Notes: a model not told the origin generated them from the letters alone. A DNA stretch of 64,000 bases from an uncultured bacterium (GCA_943788175.1 CALSPG010000001.1:320001-384000), one strand, 5' to 3'; counted from the first letter of the stretch, positions 48,147-59,572 are shown. Program-made: numbers and translations.

Positions 48147-50726
48147 TTAATAGACTTCATACTGATACATCCAGTGCCAAGGGCTAAAATCCGTTCGTAC
48201 AGTATCTTGAATAAAGCTTTTTAGACGTATTGCTTCTAAATCTATAGTTTGTTCGCCTACATTTGTTTTTAAGGTTAATTTAGCTTCATTTTCACCTATT
48301 TTAAGTTTTGAACGATCTATTAAAATTTTTACAGATGTTGCTGACTGTACAATACCCTCATTTGGGACTGCTTTTATCCATTTCACAGCTGGGTCAATTG
48401 ACCAGGTCAGCGTTCCTCCACCAAAGTTTCTAATGTTAAAAGTTTGTGTTGCCTTTGTAGAATCAAAAGATAAATATTTTGTATCAATATATAAGGATGG
48501 CTTGGCAACAATTAACTCGACTGGAATCACTTTTGAACCTGCGTTCGATTGAATATTAATATTTCCATAATATTTCCCTGTTTTTAAACCTGACCTTTTA
48601 ACTTTTACAGCACAATTAGATTTTTTCTTTGTAGAGCCTTTTCTTTTATCGAAATACAACCAATTTTCATTAGCTGATAAAGACCACATTAATAAACCAC
48701 CACCATTATTAATTATCGAAAACTCTAACATGTTTTTCTCTGTAATAAAATTTAAAGTCTTTGTTGAGACTTGAATCAAAGGTGTTTTATTGACGATTAC
48801 TTTGCATGGTCCTGAAACATTTGAATTCTCTTTATTAAATGAATCTTCAACTTTAATTAAAAATTTATCACCCACAATAAGGTTGTTCCACCAATCATAC
48901 TTACCTTTATTAGGTACATGCTCTTCAATTAGACTCCAATTGGCACCACCATCAACACTAACATGTAAATTAACTAAAGGAACCCAATCATTTGTATTCC
49001 AAGTTATTTCTACATTTTTAACTTCTTGGTATGCAAGACCTTTGGTAGGTGAATTTATTTTTAGTTCAGTATTTTTAGATAAGTTCGAAAGTCCAGTTTC
49101 TATTAAATTTGTAATTTGATTTTTAATTGCTAAATCTGATTTACCATGTTGGTTAATTAATCGATTTTCATTTTTTGAAGAAGACCAATAATTGTTATTT
49201 AAAGAAACATCATCATTATTTGAATAGCTAGAAATTTCTTCGCCACCGTGATAAAAACGAAGTTGAAAATTTTCTACAGCAGGTTTTACAACCAACACGC
49301 TATCATCTGATGGCAGATAGGTAGATTTAAAGTAATGTTTCAAATAATAGTCATTTGAAGAAACAAGATTCATTTTTTTTATAGACCAATCTACATATTG
49401 CTCAGTACTATCTAATAGCCCAGTGTGCTTTCTATACTTCAACCAACTATTCGAATTCTTCCCTGCTAGAGAATTCCAACCGCATTGAAAGGGAGCGTTT
49501 AAATACGTTAAAGTCTGCTCCCTGGAGTTTTGCACTTCAAATACTGGAGACCAAACGCTTTTACCTGTACAAGGCTGCCAACTAAATTCATTTCCACCAT
49601 CATTTGAATTATAATCAAAACTTATCCAACCAATTCTACCAAAAGGTACTTCTCTTTTGATTTTTCGTTCAAAATTATTTACCCATCCACTACCGCTATA
49701 TTCAATATCTGACCAATTTGACCATATATTATTATATCTAAAATTATCAAGAACAGTCGTTTTATAATTATCAATAAAATTACTATTAGATATCTCTATA
49801 AAAGGACGCGAACTTTTTGTCCAAGAGTTAAGATGTCCATTCTCGCTCCAATCGGTTAACTCAAGACCATAACCGCCATTTGTTTGTATCGTGCAATACT
49901 CCATATTTACCTTACTACCACCACCAACCAAAATTCCATTTGAACGATTATTAATAATGTCAGCATAAGTAATAATACTTATACCTGGTGAAAGGACAAG
50001 TCCATGTCTGTTTTGACTTATATATATATTTGATGCTGTCAAATGTCCATAGTTAACAATGCCATTATCTAAATTCCGATGAACTTTCATATTGTTAATT
50101 GTTACCATACCATAGGTATTATTTACTAGTCCAACACCTCCCCCTCTATTTATGTCTACCCAATCAAGATTTATATTACCTTTTTCAATTAAGAGAGAGA
50201 CATTTTCGCATTGACTAATAGTGACATTTTCAATTTCAATTAAGTCGTTATTTTTGCTTTCAATATAAATGCCATTATTATTGCAAAATTGAATTTTAGT
50301 ATTGGAAACTTTAATTGGGGATTTAATTTCTAAGCCTTTTTCAGCGTTTGATATTTTCAAAAAGTTAATATTGCTCTTGGAATGAGAGGATTCAAATTTT
50401 ATTCCATCCCAATATTTTTTTTCACTTAAAGTGCCGCGCGGCCCAATGTAAACGAGATCATCAGCACTTCCTAAAATATTAAGAGCACCTAAAACTAAAA
50501 TTTGAATGCGAGTTGTATCTTCATTATTAGGAACTTTATTTTGCACATATATACTAACGCCAGCATTTATTGTTAGGACTGAATTTGGTTGAACAATGAC
50601 ATTTTCACTCAGCGTTCTATTGCGAGTCCAAGTAGTATTTTTTTTTATTATAATATCAGCATAGGAAATATCATTTACAGCAATGATCCAAAATAAATGA
50701 ATAAGTATCTTATATCTAAATGCCAT
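48147..50726 (-). CDS. Secreted protein with right-handed beta-helix repeats and C-terminal BACON-like domains
   Basis: Signal peptide; N..NGI repeats; two I.N.GGG.L.W...W modules. Confidence 0.75.
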   Translation of the reverse strand: MAFRYKILIHLFWIIAVNDISYADIIIKKNTTWTRNRTLSENVIVQPNSVLTINAGVSIYVQNKVPNNEDTTRIQILVLGALNILGSADDLVYIGPRGTLSEKKYWDGIKFESSHSKSNINFLKISNAEKGLEIKSPIKVSNTKIQFCNNNGIYIESKNNDLIEIENVTISQCENVSLLIEKGNINLDWVDINRGGGVGLVNNTYGMVTINNMKVHRNLDNGIVNYGHLTASNIYISQNRHGLVLSPGISIITYADIINNRSNGILVGGGSKVNMEYCTIQTNGGYGLELTDWSENGHLNSWTKSSRPFIEISNSNFIDNYKTTVLDNFRYNNIWSNWSDIEYSGSGWVNNFERKIKREVPFGRIGWISFDYNSNDGGNEFSWQPCTGKSVWSPVFEVQNSREQTLTYLNAPFQCGWNSLAGKNSNSWLKYRKHTGLLDSTEQYVDWSIKKMNLVSSNDYYLKHYFKSTYLPSDDSVLVVKPAVENFQLRFYHGGEEISSYSNNDDVSLNNNYWSSSKNENRLINQHGKSDLAIKNQITNLIETGLSNLSKNTELKINSPTKGLAYQEVKNVEITWNTNDWVPLVNLHVSVDGGANWSLIEEHVPNKGKYDWWNNLIVGDKFLIKVEDSFNKENSNVSGPCKVIVNKTPLIQVSTKTLNFITEKNMLEFSIINNGGGLLMWSLSANENWLYFDKRKGSTKKKSNCAVKVKRSGLKTGKYYGNINIQSNAGSKVIPVELIVAKPSLYIDTKYLSFDSTKATQTFNIRNFGGGTLTWSIDPAVKWIKAVPNEGIVQSATSVKILIDRSKLKIGENEAKLTLKTNVGEQTIDLEAIRLKSFIQDTVRTDFSPWHWMYQYEVY

Positions 50727-50781
50727 AGTAACTAAAATTTAAAAATAATGAAACAATAAGACCTCGAATTTTATAAATTAT

Positions 50782-51229
50782 TTAAATGGCTATTTTAACT
50801 TTGCCAACAAGCCTATCATTATATTCTTCCGCCAAATCATATGCTTCTTGATAAGAGAGCTTGACTTCTTTTTGTTTAATTACCCGTTTAAGAATATTTG
50901 AGACAAGATACCCATAAAGAGAATATTCTACCATTTTTTTATTGTCTGCTGCTAGGCTCATAATACCTAGGCTAGAATTTCCGCACATATAACAACTCAA
51001 TTTAAAACGTCTATTCATAAAATTTTTTTCATACATTAATGATTCTTCCATTTTTTCTTGATCATTAAGAATTCTAAAAAAATGAGATTTTGGTATTTCA
51101 ACTCCAGATCTAATGGCTTTCCAACTGGATTTATGTTTAACAACTTTGATTTGTTTTGAACTCGTCTGAGCATTACCGAGATTAGATACTAAGATAAAAA
51201 ATGAACAGAAAATATTTATTTATCGACAT
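50782..51229 (-). CDS. Hypothetical secreted protein (one frameshift in T-run)
   Basis: The ATG at 51229 (MSINKYFLFIF) joins the open frame ILVSNLGNAQTSSKQ...QEKMEES after removing one T near 51200. Confidence 0.55.
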
Positions 51230-51347
51230 TTATAAATTTGAATTATTTGTAAACAGAAAAATTTATTTTATTTATATTTTATTAAAAACCAGATTAAAAC
51301 TTAAAATAGTATTTATTATAAATGGCATATCATAATTAATTTTTATT

Positions 51348-51941
51348 GTGTCATTTCATGAAAATAATCCTAAAAAAATCTTTTCAGATGAATGGAAAGA
51401 ACTTCAGATTGCTGTAAAAGATGCGAGCCATGATTATCATCTCATGACTTTATCCACATCTACAAACAATAAGCCAGAATCAAGAACGGTAGTGTTGAGG
51501 CATGCAGACCAAGAAAATTATTTATTATGCTTTCATACTGATACGAGAAGCCCAAAATATGATCAGTTAAAAAACAATCCAGATGTATCAATTCTATTTT
51601 ACAGCGTAAATAAAAGGACACAATTGAGAATTATAGGCCAAGCTAGTCATTGCGAAGACGACGAGCTATTAGAATCAAAGTGGATGGGTATGAATAAAAA
51701 CAGTAGGGAGTGTTACTTAGGTGAAATTGCGCCTAGTGAAAAAATACCAAATGGTAAAATAATTAATGAAGTTATCAATAAAGGTCAGGATACAAATAAA
51801 TTTTTGGGTTTGGAAAATTTTACCAGGATAGATATTAAAATTTCCTCTATTGAAATTCTACGGCTCCACCATTTGGGTCACAAGAGGTTGTTTTGTAATT
51901 TAGAAAAAAACCCAATTGACTACCAGTGGTTAGCTTCATGA
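51348..51941 (+). CDS. Pyridoxamine 5'-phosphate oxidase-like FMN-binding protein
   Basis: LST...PESRTVVLR, FHTD.RSPK, QLRI.G. Confidence 0.85.
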   Translation: MSFHENNPKKIFSDEWKELQIAVKDASHDYHLMTLSTSTNNKPESRTVVLRHADQENYLLCFHTDTRSPKYDQLKNNPDVSILFYSVNKRTQLRIIGQASHCEDDELLESKWMGMNKNSRECYLGEIAPSEKIPNGKIINEVINKGQDTNKFLGLENFTRIDIKISSIEILRLHHLGHKRLFCNLEKNPIDYQWLAS

Positions 51942-53063
51942 ACTATTTAACTAAAAAGTATACAAGCCTAGCATCACTTCTTTTAATAACTCTAATTACA
52001 ACTTCGTGCTCAAGGTTGTATTTTGGTCCAAATAATCCTGCAAAATTTTCTACGAGCCAGCCCAATGAGCTTGGTCCAATCGTTAGTGTTTGGGAAGATG
52101 GTATGCGTACGACCGGACAACGAAATGAATTTGAGTGGTGGTACTTTGACGGAAAACTAGAAGACGGGTCAATACTAGTTGCTTATTTTTGGAAAGTTCA
52201 TTTTATTGCAGATCAATATTTCATCGGGTTTAACTATCGAGATCCTCAAGGAAATGACTTTTTCAAAATGAAATATTTTAAGAAAAAAAACGTGAAATTT
52301 TCACCTGATAGTTGCGATGTCGTTTTTGGTGAAAACCATTTTAAAGGCAATTTAGAATCATACAGTATTAAAATAAATCCGGATGATTTTGATGGAATTG
52401 GTTTTGATTTAAAACTCTCATCAAAACTAAAACCATATAGGCCGCAAGATGGAATAATTAAAGCAGGTGATGATTACTTTGCATGGCTTGCTGCTGTACC
52501 AAATGGTTCTATTGATGGTGATTTAGTTGTAACCGGCCAAAAGACTTCAATAACTGGCAGTGGATATCACGATCATAATTGGGGCAATACACCGTTTGCA
52601 ACACCTTTTTGATAATTGGGTATGGTTTAGAGGTGAAATTGAAGATAAAACCGTTGTAGCAGCTGTATTATACATGACAGATAAACGTGGCGGTTATGAT
52701 GTTCCAATTTTGTATGTAGCTGATAGTGATAGTGTTCATATCAATCGCTTCGGTGAATCCGGTTTGTATTCAAAAAAATCCGCTCGAATAGAAGGTCTTT
52801 ACAATAAAAAAAACGAACCCTTGTTTAATGCGCTCGATATGATAACAGAAAATGGTTACAAGGTTAACATAAAAGGAAAAAGTGTTCTTGATAACTCTGC
52901 CCTTTTTAAAAGAATGGGAATGCCCTTGCCTCTGCGCTTAGCGATGAATGCCGCAAAAATCGACCCATTTTACACTCGTTTTGATAGTGATATGACGCTA
53001 AAAATAAAAGACGAAGAACCATTAAATGGGTTTGGCGTCTTTGAGATCATGGACTTAAAATGA
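51938..53063 (+). CDS. AttH/CrtC-like lipocalin-fold lipoprotein (one frameshift near 52595)
   Basis: FEWWYFD, GSGYHDHNWG, then DNWVWFR in the next frame. Removing one T (CCGTTTGCAA) joins ORFs 51926-52612 and 52560-53063. Confidence 0.75.
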
Positions 53064-53945
53064 TTACCCCTGCTTTATGTTTTCAACATGTAACTAAAAG
53101 TTTTGAGAATATAGTTGCGCTCGATAGTATTTCCATTAATGTTCCGCCCAACTCCATTTTTGGTTTGCTTGGACCTAATGGTAGTGGGAAATCAACCCTA
53201 ATGAGAATACTTTCAGGTCTGATTAAGACATGGGATGGAAATATAAGCATATCCGGCGAAGATTATTCCTCTAGCACACAAGGTTACATAAATAAACTTG
53301 GCTTTCTTATTGAAGCACCTTCTTTTTATGAATATCTTTCTGCTATTGAAAATTTGAAAATTCTTTCGAGGTTAACAAACCTTAATAACGATAAAATTGA
53401 AGAAGCGTTAGATGTAGTTAATCTAACTGATAGATCATACGATAAGGTCAAAACATTTAGCTATGGAATGAAACAAAGATTAGGGTTGGCACAGTGCCTG
53501 CTTCATGACCCTGAAATGCTTATACTTGATGAACCCAACAATGGATTAGATCCATCAGGGATTAGAGAAATGAGTAAGATTATTAACAACCTTCACAAAA
53601 ATGGGGAAAACCATCTGTGTCAGTACCCATATTTTAAGCGAAGTTGATACACTATGTACACATGCGGCCGTTCTTAAAAAAGGAAAACACATTGCTACGG
53701 TAAAACTAGATGATGACTATCATGCAGATACTACTTATTTACTAAATGTAGACAATGCCTCTAGCAGTTTCAAGTTACTTAGTACAGATAAAAATTTCGA
53801 CTTGAAATTCGTTGATGACAATAGTTTGATAGTAAAAACCAGAGTACAAGATGCCGTTAAAGTAATTAGGGAAAAAATATCAGAAACAAATACAGTTCAC
53901 TCTCTGTCCAAACAATCTAATTTGATAGTGTATTTTGATGATTAA
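53060..53945 (+). CDS. ABC transporter ATP-binding protein (one frameshift near 53605)
   Basis: GPNGSGKST, FSYGMKQR, LILDEP; the H-loop STHILSEV is in the next frame after the G4 run. Confidence 0.9.
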
Positions 53946-54777
53946 AAATTTACTTATTAATGAATTCATAAAGGTCTCATACAAAAAAAGGACTTACATA
54001 AGCTTCGCTTTAATTACTGTTCTCATTCCCTTTATTGTACTTGCGGTAAAAAGTGGTGGTGGATCTCTTGAAAGCAAATTATATGGCCAACTTGCTGATT
54101 CATTCATTTTTGTTGGTAGCCTAGTAAATGGGAATCTATCCGCTTACATTATTATCGCAATCTTAATAAGCCATATGCCTTTTTTGAGCACTATAGTTGC
54201 CTCAGAGATTGTATCTGGCGAATACTCCAAAGGTACATTTAGAATGTATCTTACGAGACCTGTAAGCAGAAACCTTGTTCTGTTTTCTAAACTAATTATT
54301 GTTCTCGGCTATACAACATTAATGATGTTCTATTTTGTGATGTACACTCTACTTGTAAGTAGGTTGATCATTGGTAACGGTGACCTAGTCGTTTTTCATG
54401 AAGGATTATTGGTGCTTGATGCTTACGACACGGTTTGGAGGTTTTTTCTTAGTTTTTGGTTATCTAATATTTTAATGCTGACTGTGACCTGCTTGTGCTT
54501 TATGATTAGCACTTTATCAAAAAATAGCGTCACACCAATTATCGTAACCATTTCAATCGTTTTTGTAGGGACAGCAGTTGCTTTTATCCCAATTGAGTTT
54601 TTTGAGCTTTTAAACCCCTACTTATTTACCGGTTATATTGATCTTTTTTTAACAGCATTTCATGATCCACTACCCAAACACTTATTTATTCAAGAAGCTA
54701 TTGTTTGTGGTATATGGTCAACAGTGTTTATTGTAACATCATTTTACTATTTTAATAGATGCGACATATTAGACTAA
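53935..54777 (+). CDS. ABC-2 type exporter permease
   Basis: 6 TM segments; SGEYSKGT...LTRPVSR...SKL. Confidence 0.88.
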   Translation: MMIKNLLINEFIKVSYKKRTYISFALITVLIPFIVLAVKSGGGSLESKLYGQLADSFIFVGSLVNGNLSAYIIIAILISHMPFLSTIVASEIVSGEYSKGTFRMYLTRPVSRNLVLFSKLIIVLGYTTLMMFYFVMYTLLVSRLIIGNGDLVVFHEGLLVLDAYDTVWRFFLSFWLSNILMLTVTCLCFMISTLSKNSVTPIIVTISIVFVGTAVAFIPIEFFELLNPYLFTGYIDLFLTAFHDPLPKHLFIQEAIVCGIWSTVFIVTSFYYFNRCDILD

Positions 54778-55490
54778 TTATATACCTAGTATTACTAGGT
54801 TTTCTATCCTCCTCAAGAGCATATACGAGAAGCGTAGATCAAATTATTAAGAAAACTCAGGATCAATTTGAGATGGCTGATAATTACCAGGTCACTATGA
54901 AAATCCAACTCAAAGTTCCTGGTTTTCGTATGCCAAAGAAAAAATATAAAGTTTTTTTTAAACAGCCTAATAAACTCAAAATTAAATCTCGCGGATTTGG
55001 AATGCTGCCAAAAACAGGTATTTTTACTTCTCCGCAAGATAATTTTGATAATTTGAAAAATATGCGCTTTCTTAGCAGCAGAAATAGTGAGGGTAAAATA
55101 TTTATCAAAGGTGATGTTATTATCGATAGCTTAAAACTAAAGATGCCAAATGATTATGCTAAATTAGGTTTTAAACCAAGTGTAACCGTAAAAATAGATA
55201 CAAATAAATGGGTCATAGACAACATCATAACAGAGCTAGATACTCTTAAACTTGTTGAGATTACAAATGAATACAAAATTATAGATAAAAAATTCATAAT
55301 GCCCTCTGCTTCTACTGTTCAGTATTTTATAAAGGATGCAAAACTATCTGGCTGGCTTAAAAAAGACATTACAAGTATTGTTGGCCAGAACCCACTTGAA
55401 AAATCTAATGATATGGTTGAAGGAAAAATATCTATTATATACGAAGATTATATAATAAATAAAGGCATCAAAGATAAAATTTTTGACTAG
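54759..55490 (+). CDS. LolA-like periplasmic protein
   Basis: Signal peptide; FKQPNKLKI, ID..KW motif; C-terminal Y.IN.GI.D.IF. Confidence 0.6.
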   Translation: MRHIRLIIYLVLLGFLSSSRAYTRSVDQIIKKTQDQFEMADNYQVTMKIQLKVPGFRMPKKKYKVFFKQPNKLKIKSRGFGMLPKTGIFTSPQDNFDNLKNMRFLSSRNSEGKIFIKGDVIIDSLKLKMPNDYAKLGFKPSVTVKIDTNKWVIDNIITELDTLKLVEITNEYKIIDKKFIMPSASTVQYFIKDAKLSGWLKKDITSIVGQNPLEKSNDMVEGKISIIYEDYIINKGIKDKIFD

Positions 55491-55494
55491 TTAC

Positions 55495-56832
55495 TCAGAA
55501 AGTAAAATTAATAGAGACACCAGGGGCTAAAGTTTTATTTTGAGCTAGTAGTGTTGGGTTAATTGTAAGTGCCATATCGTTTTTAATAAAACTGTTTCTA
55601 CTTGATACATCAGAACTTATATTTTTTCTAGAGAAGTACCACCCTGCAGTAATACTGGCTACATCCAAAAACCTAGATGACCGTTCACCATAATCTATTC
55701 CGGTTATCAATGCCGTACCAACCCAAGCAAGATATGCAGACCCTGCTCCCAGCCCAACAATTTTCTCTTGCCCTTGCGTAAGACTTCCGTACTTTTTATT
55801 TAATCTATCAGCTAAATATAAAAACCCATTTATTCCAACCATTGTAAGCATTGTTTGATCTTTGTAATGATTGATTTCCACGGCATAACCTAAAAGCAAA
55901 CTATTCATATAGCCTAAACCCATCGATAAATTTAAAAATGCTACATCACCCTCTGTAATTGATAAATTATTAAGAGCTATATTTTTTGCCATCTTACCAC
56001 CAGCCAAGGCACCAGCATAAACTAAAGACGTTGTCCATCGAGCAAAGTTCTCAGGGTTTTTTTGAGACCAATCAGCCCAATCAGTTTGCTGAATTACGCC
56101 AATGGTGTTTAATGCTCCCAGGTTGATACCCAAAGATATTAAAAACGACTGACCATTAGAGAGTTTCCACGTTGTATATGTTTTATCTGCTAAGATTGCT
56201 CCATAAGGAACAGAGAACATGGTATAGCCAAGTGCTATTTTTCCGTCAGGGTCAAACTCACCCCAATTTTCTAGCCCGACCATACTGATGATTGGTATAA
56301 TTGAATAAAAGCCTAAGTTTGCACCAGCAAATTGCAAGTATGAGCGCCCCAGGGGTAAATCCATTGTCCTTGTATAACTTGAGCTTAAAGAATAAGATGT
56401 AGCAAAAGCTAACAATTTAAAACCTACGTACTGATCTGCTGTCTGATCCCAATTAAAAAGGTAAGGTATTCCTTCTCCATAAAGGGTATTACCAATACCC
56501 ATCGCACCGTAGATTGTTCTCCACCTGGCTTCTTGGTTTAGAGGTTTTTTTACAACATTATTTTGGGAAACTATACCGTTATTTTGATTATTTTCAATCG
56601 ATTTAGTTATTTTCTTATTGTTTATAGAATCAACATCATCAATAGGAATAACCAGTTCACCAAATTCAGTATTAAGCTTATAAGTAGAATCTGTTTTTGC
56701 AATTAGTGAACCCGTAATTTTATTGCCATTTTTAAGGTCAACTATTATTTCCTTTTCTTGAGAAAAAGAAAATGAAAACAGAAATAATGATATAAATAAT
56801 GCTGTACGTCTTTTATAATTATTACTAATCAT
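55495..56832 (-). CDS. Hypothetical membrane/outer-membrane protein with Gly-rich helices
   Basis: Signal peptide; N-terminal LKNG..ITG small beta domain; many Gly-rich hydrophobic helices; C-terminal F. Confidence 0.6.
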   Translation of the reverse strand: MISNNYKRRTALFISLFLFSFSFSQEKEIIVDLKNGNKITGSLIAKTDSTYKLNTEFGELVIPIDDVDSINNKKITKSIENNQNNGIVSQNNVVKKPLNQEARWRTIYGAMGIGNTLYGEGIPYLFNWDQTADQYVGFKLLAFATSYSLSSSYTRTMDLPLGRSYLQFAGANLGFYSIIPIISMVGLENWGEFDPDGKIALGYTMFSVPYGAILADKTYTTWKLSNGQSFLISLGINLGALNTIGVIQQTDWADWSQKNPENFARWTTSLVYAGALAGGKMAKNIALNNLSITEGDVAFLNLSMGLGYMNSLLLGYAVEINHYKDQTMLTMVGINGFLYLADRLNKKYGSLTQGQEKIVGLGAGSAYLAWVGTALITGIDYGERSSRFLDVASITAGWYFSRKNISSDVSSRNSFIKNDMALTINPTLLAQNKTLAPGVSINFTF

Positions 56833-56903
56833 ATATTAATCTAGAAACATTAAATTTAAATTCTATACAACAATTAGGACCAAGCTTTAAAAATACTTAA
56901 AAA

Positions 56904-58841
56904 ATGAACAAAATTCTTTGGAACCCGAATCTGGATAGTAAAAATAACCTTGAAGAGTTTAAGTACCTAATTAACAGTAAATACGCTCTTAGCTTGGACA
57001 GTTACCAAGAACTTTATGAGTGGTCTGTAAAGAACATTCCTGATTTTTGGAATAATGTCATTACCTATTCAGATATCCAATATAGCGGGGACTCAACAAC
57101 CGTATTAGAAGATTTAGCCATGAAACCCGCTGCTAATTGGTTTCCTAATATTTCACTTAATTTTGCAGAAAATTTATTAAATGAAAGAAGCGATCATCTA
57201 GCAATCATATCAAAAAGTGAAAACTCTGATTTAATCAAAATCACTTATAATGAGCTTTATCTTAAAGTTGCCAAATTAGCTAATTCATTAAAAAAACTTG
57301 GTATTAAACCAGGTGATAGGGTTGCTGCTATTCTTCCAAATTCGCACGATGCAGTTATTGCAATGCTTGCTACCACTTCCATTGGAGCAATCTGGAGCTC
57401 ATGTTCTCCTGATTTTGGAATCGCATCAGTAACAGACAGGTTTAAACAAATAGAACCTAAAATTATATTTTCTATCCATTCATATTATTATAATGGAAAA
57501 TTATTTGATTTTCGAAAAAAATTAAATTCAATTGTTCAAAATCTATCTTCTTTAGAAAAAATAATTATCTCAAAACCTGCTGAAGAAGAATCGAATAAAA
57601 ATGAAAATTTTTTAAACTTATTAGATTTATTAGATAACAATTGCGATGAGATACAATTCGAAAGGTTTCCTTTTAATCACCCTGCCTTCATTTTATATAC
57701 CTCAGGAACTACTGGTTTACCAAAGTCAATCGTACACGGTGCAGGTGGAACATTATTGCAACATAAAAAGGAGCTACTTCTACATTGTAATGCATCCAAG
57801 GATGACATTGTATTTTACTATACAACGTGTGGATGGATGATGTGGAATTGGCAAGTAAGCTTTTTATCCACAGGTTCAACAATTGTTCTTTATGACGGTT
57901 CACCTTTTTTTCCTGATCCAACAGCGATGTGGAATCTCATTGATGAGCTAGATATAACAATTTTTGGCACTAGCGCGAAATTTATTGATGCATGCAAAGC
58001 ACACGACCTTTCCCCTAATGGTTTTGCAAAGTTAGATTCTTTAAAGCAAATACTATCGACTGGGTCTCCGCTCGTTCCTGAAAGTTTTGATTATGTGTAC
58101 GAAAAAGTAAAAAAAGATATTATACTTGGTTCTATATCTGGTGGAACTGATATTATTTCTTGCTTCGCTTTAAATAGTCCTTCTGTTCCTGTATATCGAG
58201 GAGAATTACAATGTCGAGGGTTGGGTATGGACGTTGATGCTTTCGATGATAACGGGAACTCTGTTCAAAATAAAAAAGGTGAACTTGTTTGCAAATCCCC
58301 TTTCCCATCCATGCCAATATCTTTTTGGAATGATGAAAATGGAGAAAAATATTATAATGCATATTTTAATAAATTTAAAAACGTTTGGGCTCATGGAGAT
58401 TTTATTGAAATCAATGATCACGGTGGTGTAGTAATCTATGGACGAAGCGATGCAACGCTTAATCCAGGCGGAGTAAGAATTGGCACATCGGAATTATACA
58501 GGGTTGTAGAATCATTTTTTGAAGTAGAGGATAGCTTAGTTATTGCTCAAGAGTGGGAAAATGATCAACGAATAATATTATTTTTAAAACTTAAAGAACC
58601 TCATGCCTTTTCAGAAAAATTCGTTGACACCATTAAGAAGACTATTAGAACCTCCCTCTCTCCAAGACATGTACCTTCAATCATACTTCAGATAGAAGAT
58701 ATCCCGTATACAATCAGCGGAAAAAAAGTTGAGCTTGCTGTTAAAAAGATTATTGAAGGTAAAGAAGTTGTAAATCAAGATGCTCTTAGCAACCCTGAAT
58801 CGCTTGACTTTTATAGATCTATTCCAGAACTATCCTCATAA
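56904..58841 (+). CDS. Acetoacetate--CoA ligase
   Basis: LNFAENLL, WSSCSPDFG, YTSGTTGLPK, WMMWNW, SISGGTD, GRSDATLNPGGVRIGT, SGKKVE. Confidence 0.95.
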   Translation: MNKILWNPNLDSKNNLEEFKYLINSKYALSLDSYQELYEWSVKNIPDFWNNVITYSDIQYSGDSTTVLEDLAMKPAANWFPNISLNFAENLLNERSDHLAIISKSENSDLIKITYNELYLKVAKLANSLKKLGIKPGDRVAAILPNSHDAVIAMLATTSIGAIWSSCSPDFGIASVTDRFKQIEPKIIFSIHSYYYNGKLFDFRKKLNSIVQNLSSLEKIIISKPAEEESNKNENFLNLLDLLDNNCDEIQFERFPFNHPAFILYTSGTTGLPKSIVHGAGGTLLQHKKELLLHCNASKDDIVFYYTTCGWMMWNWQVSFLSTGSTIVLYDGSPFFPDPTAMWNLIDELDITIFGTSAKFIDACKAHDLSPNGFAKLDSLKQILSTGSPLVPESFDYVYEKVKKDIILGSISGGTDIISCFALNSPSVPVYRGELQCRGLGMDVDAFDDNGNSVQNKKGELVCKSPFPSMPISFWNDENGEKYYNAYFNKFKNVWAHGDFIEINDHGGVVIYGRSDATLNPGGVRIGTSELYRVVESFFEVEDSLVIAQEWENDQRIILFLKLKEPHAFSEKFVDTIKKTIRTSLSPRHVPSIILQIEDIPYTISGKKVELAVKKIIEGKEVVNQDALSNPESLDFYRSIPELSS

Positions 58842-59572
58842 TGAAAGACATCTATCTATATCCTGATCTCTATGATGCCCTTCATCACAACATAGAGACA
58901 GACAAAAATGTTATTACCCACTATGCAAAAAAATGTAATGGCCCTGTTTTAGAGTTAGCCTCTGGCACAGGAAGATTATCAAAATACATTACAGATCTAG
59001 GACTGCCATACACGGGTATAGACAACAGCCAATCATTTCTAGATGTCTCCATCGAGAATCTAGGTAGCAGTGGAACATTCTTACTTCGTGACATGCGTGA
59101 TTTTCATCTAAATAAAAAATTTAATTTTATATTTATCGGTTTCAATTCGTTCTTGCACAACTTAACAGATAAAGACGCAGTAAGCTGCCTTACATCAATT
59201 AAGACTCACTTGAATGATGGCGGATTATTCTTGCTATCTATTTTTCAACCTGACCACAGTTTTCTTTACAGAGATGAATATCTTTATGAAGCTAGAACCT
59301 TTTTTGATTATCATGGTAAACAATGCAGGATGATGGAGAGAAACTCATTTGATGATGAAACGCAAATTAACAGCTTAACATGGCAGCTGGAGATTGATGG
59401 GGATCTTTCAGATGAATCGTACTCCTTTAAGCAGAGAATGTACTACCCGCATAAGATGGACTTATTATTTCAGGGAACAGGATTCTCAATTCAAGAAAAG
59501 TTTGGTGACTGGAATATGAACCCCTTAGGAGAGGAAAGCCCACTGCAGATCTACATCTGCAAATGTGAGTAG
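58841..59572 (+). CDS. Class I SAM-dependent methyltransferase
   Basis: VLELASGTGR, GID.S, DMRDF. Confidence 0.9.
   Translation: MKDIYLYPDLYDALHHNIETDKNVITHYAKKCNGPVLELASGTGRLSKYITDLGLPYTGIDNSQSFLDVSIENLGSSGTFLLRDMRDFHLNKKFNFIFIGFNSFLHNLTDKDAVSCLTSIKTHLNDGGLFLLSIFQPDHSFLYRDEYLYEARTFFDYHGKQCRMMERNSFDDETQINSLTWQLEIDGDLSDESYSFKQRMYYPHKMDLLFQGTGFSIQEKFGDWNMNPLGEESPLQIYICKCE

Noticed and set aside
52560-53647. Programmed frameshifting in the AttH-like and ABC genes
   Set aside because: These are single extra bases in short homopolymers within a zone of many similar indels; sequencing error is more parsimonious.
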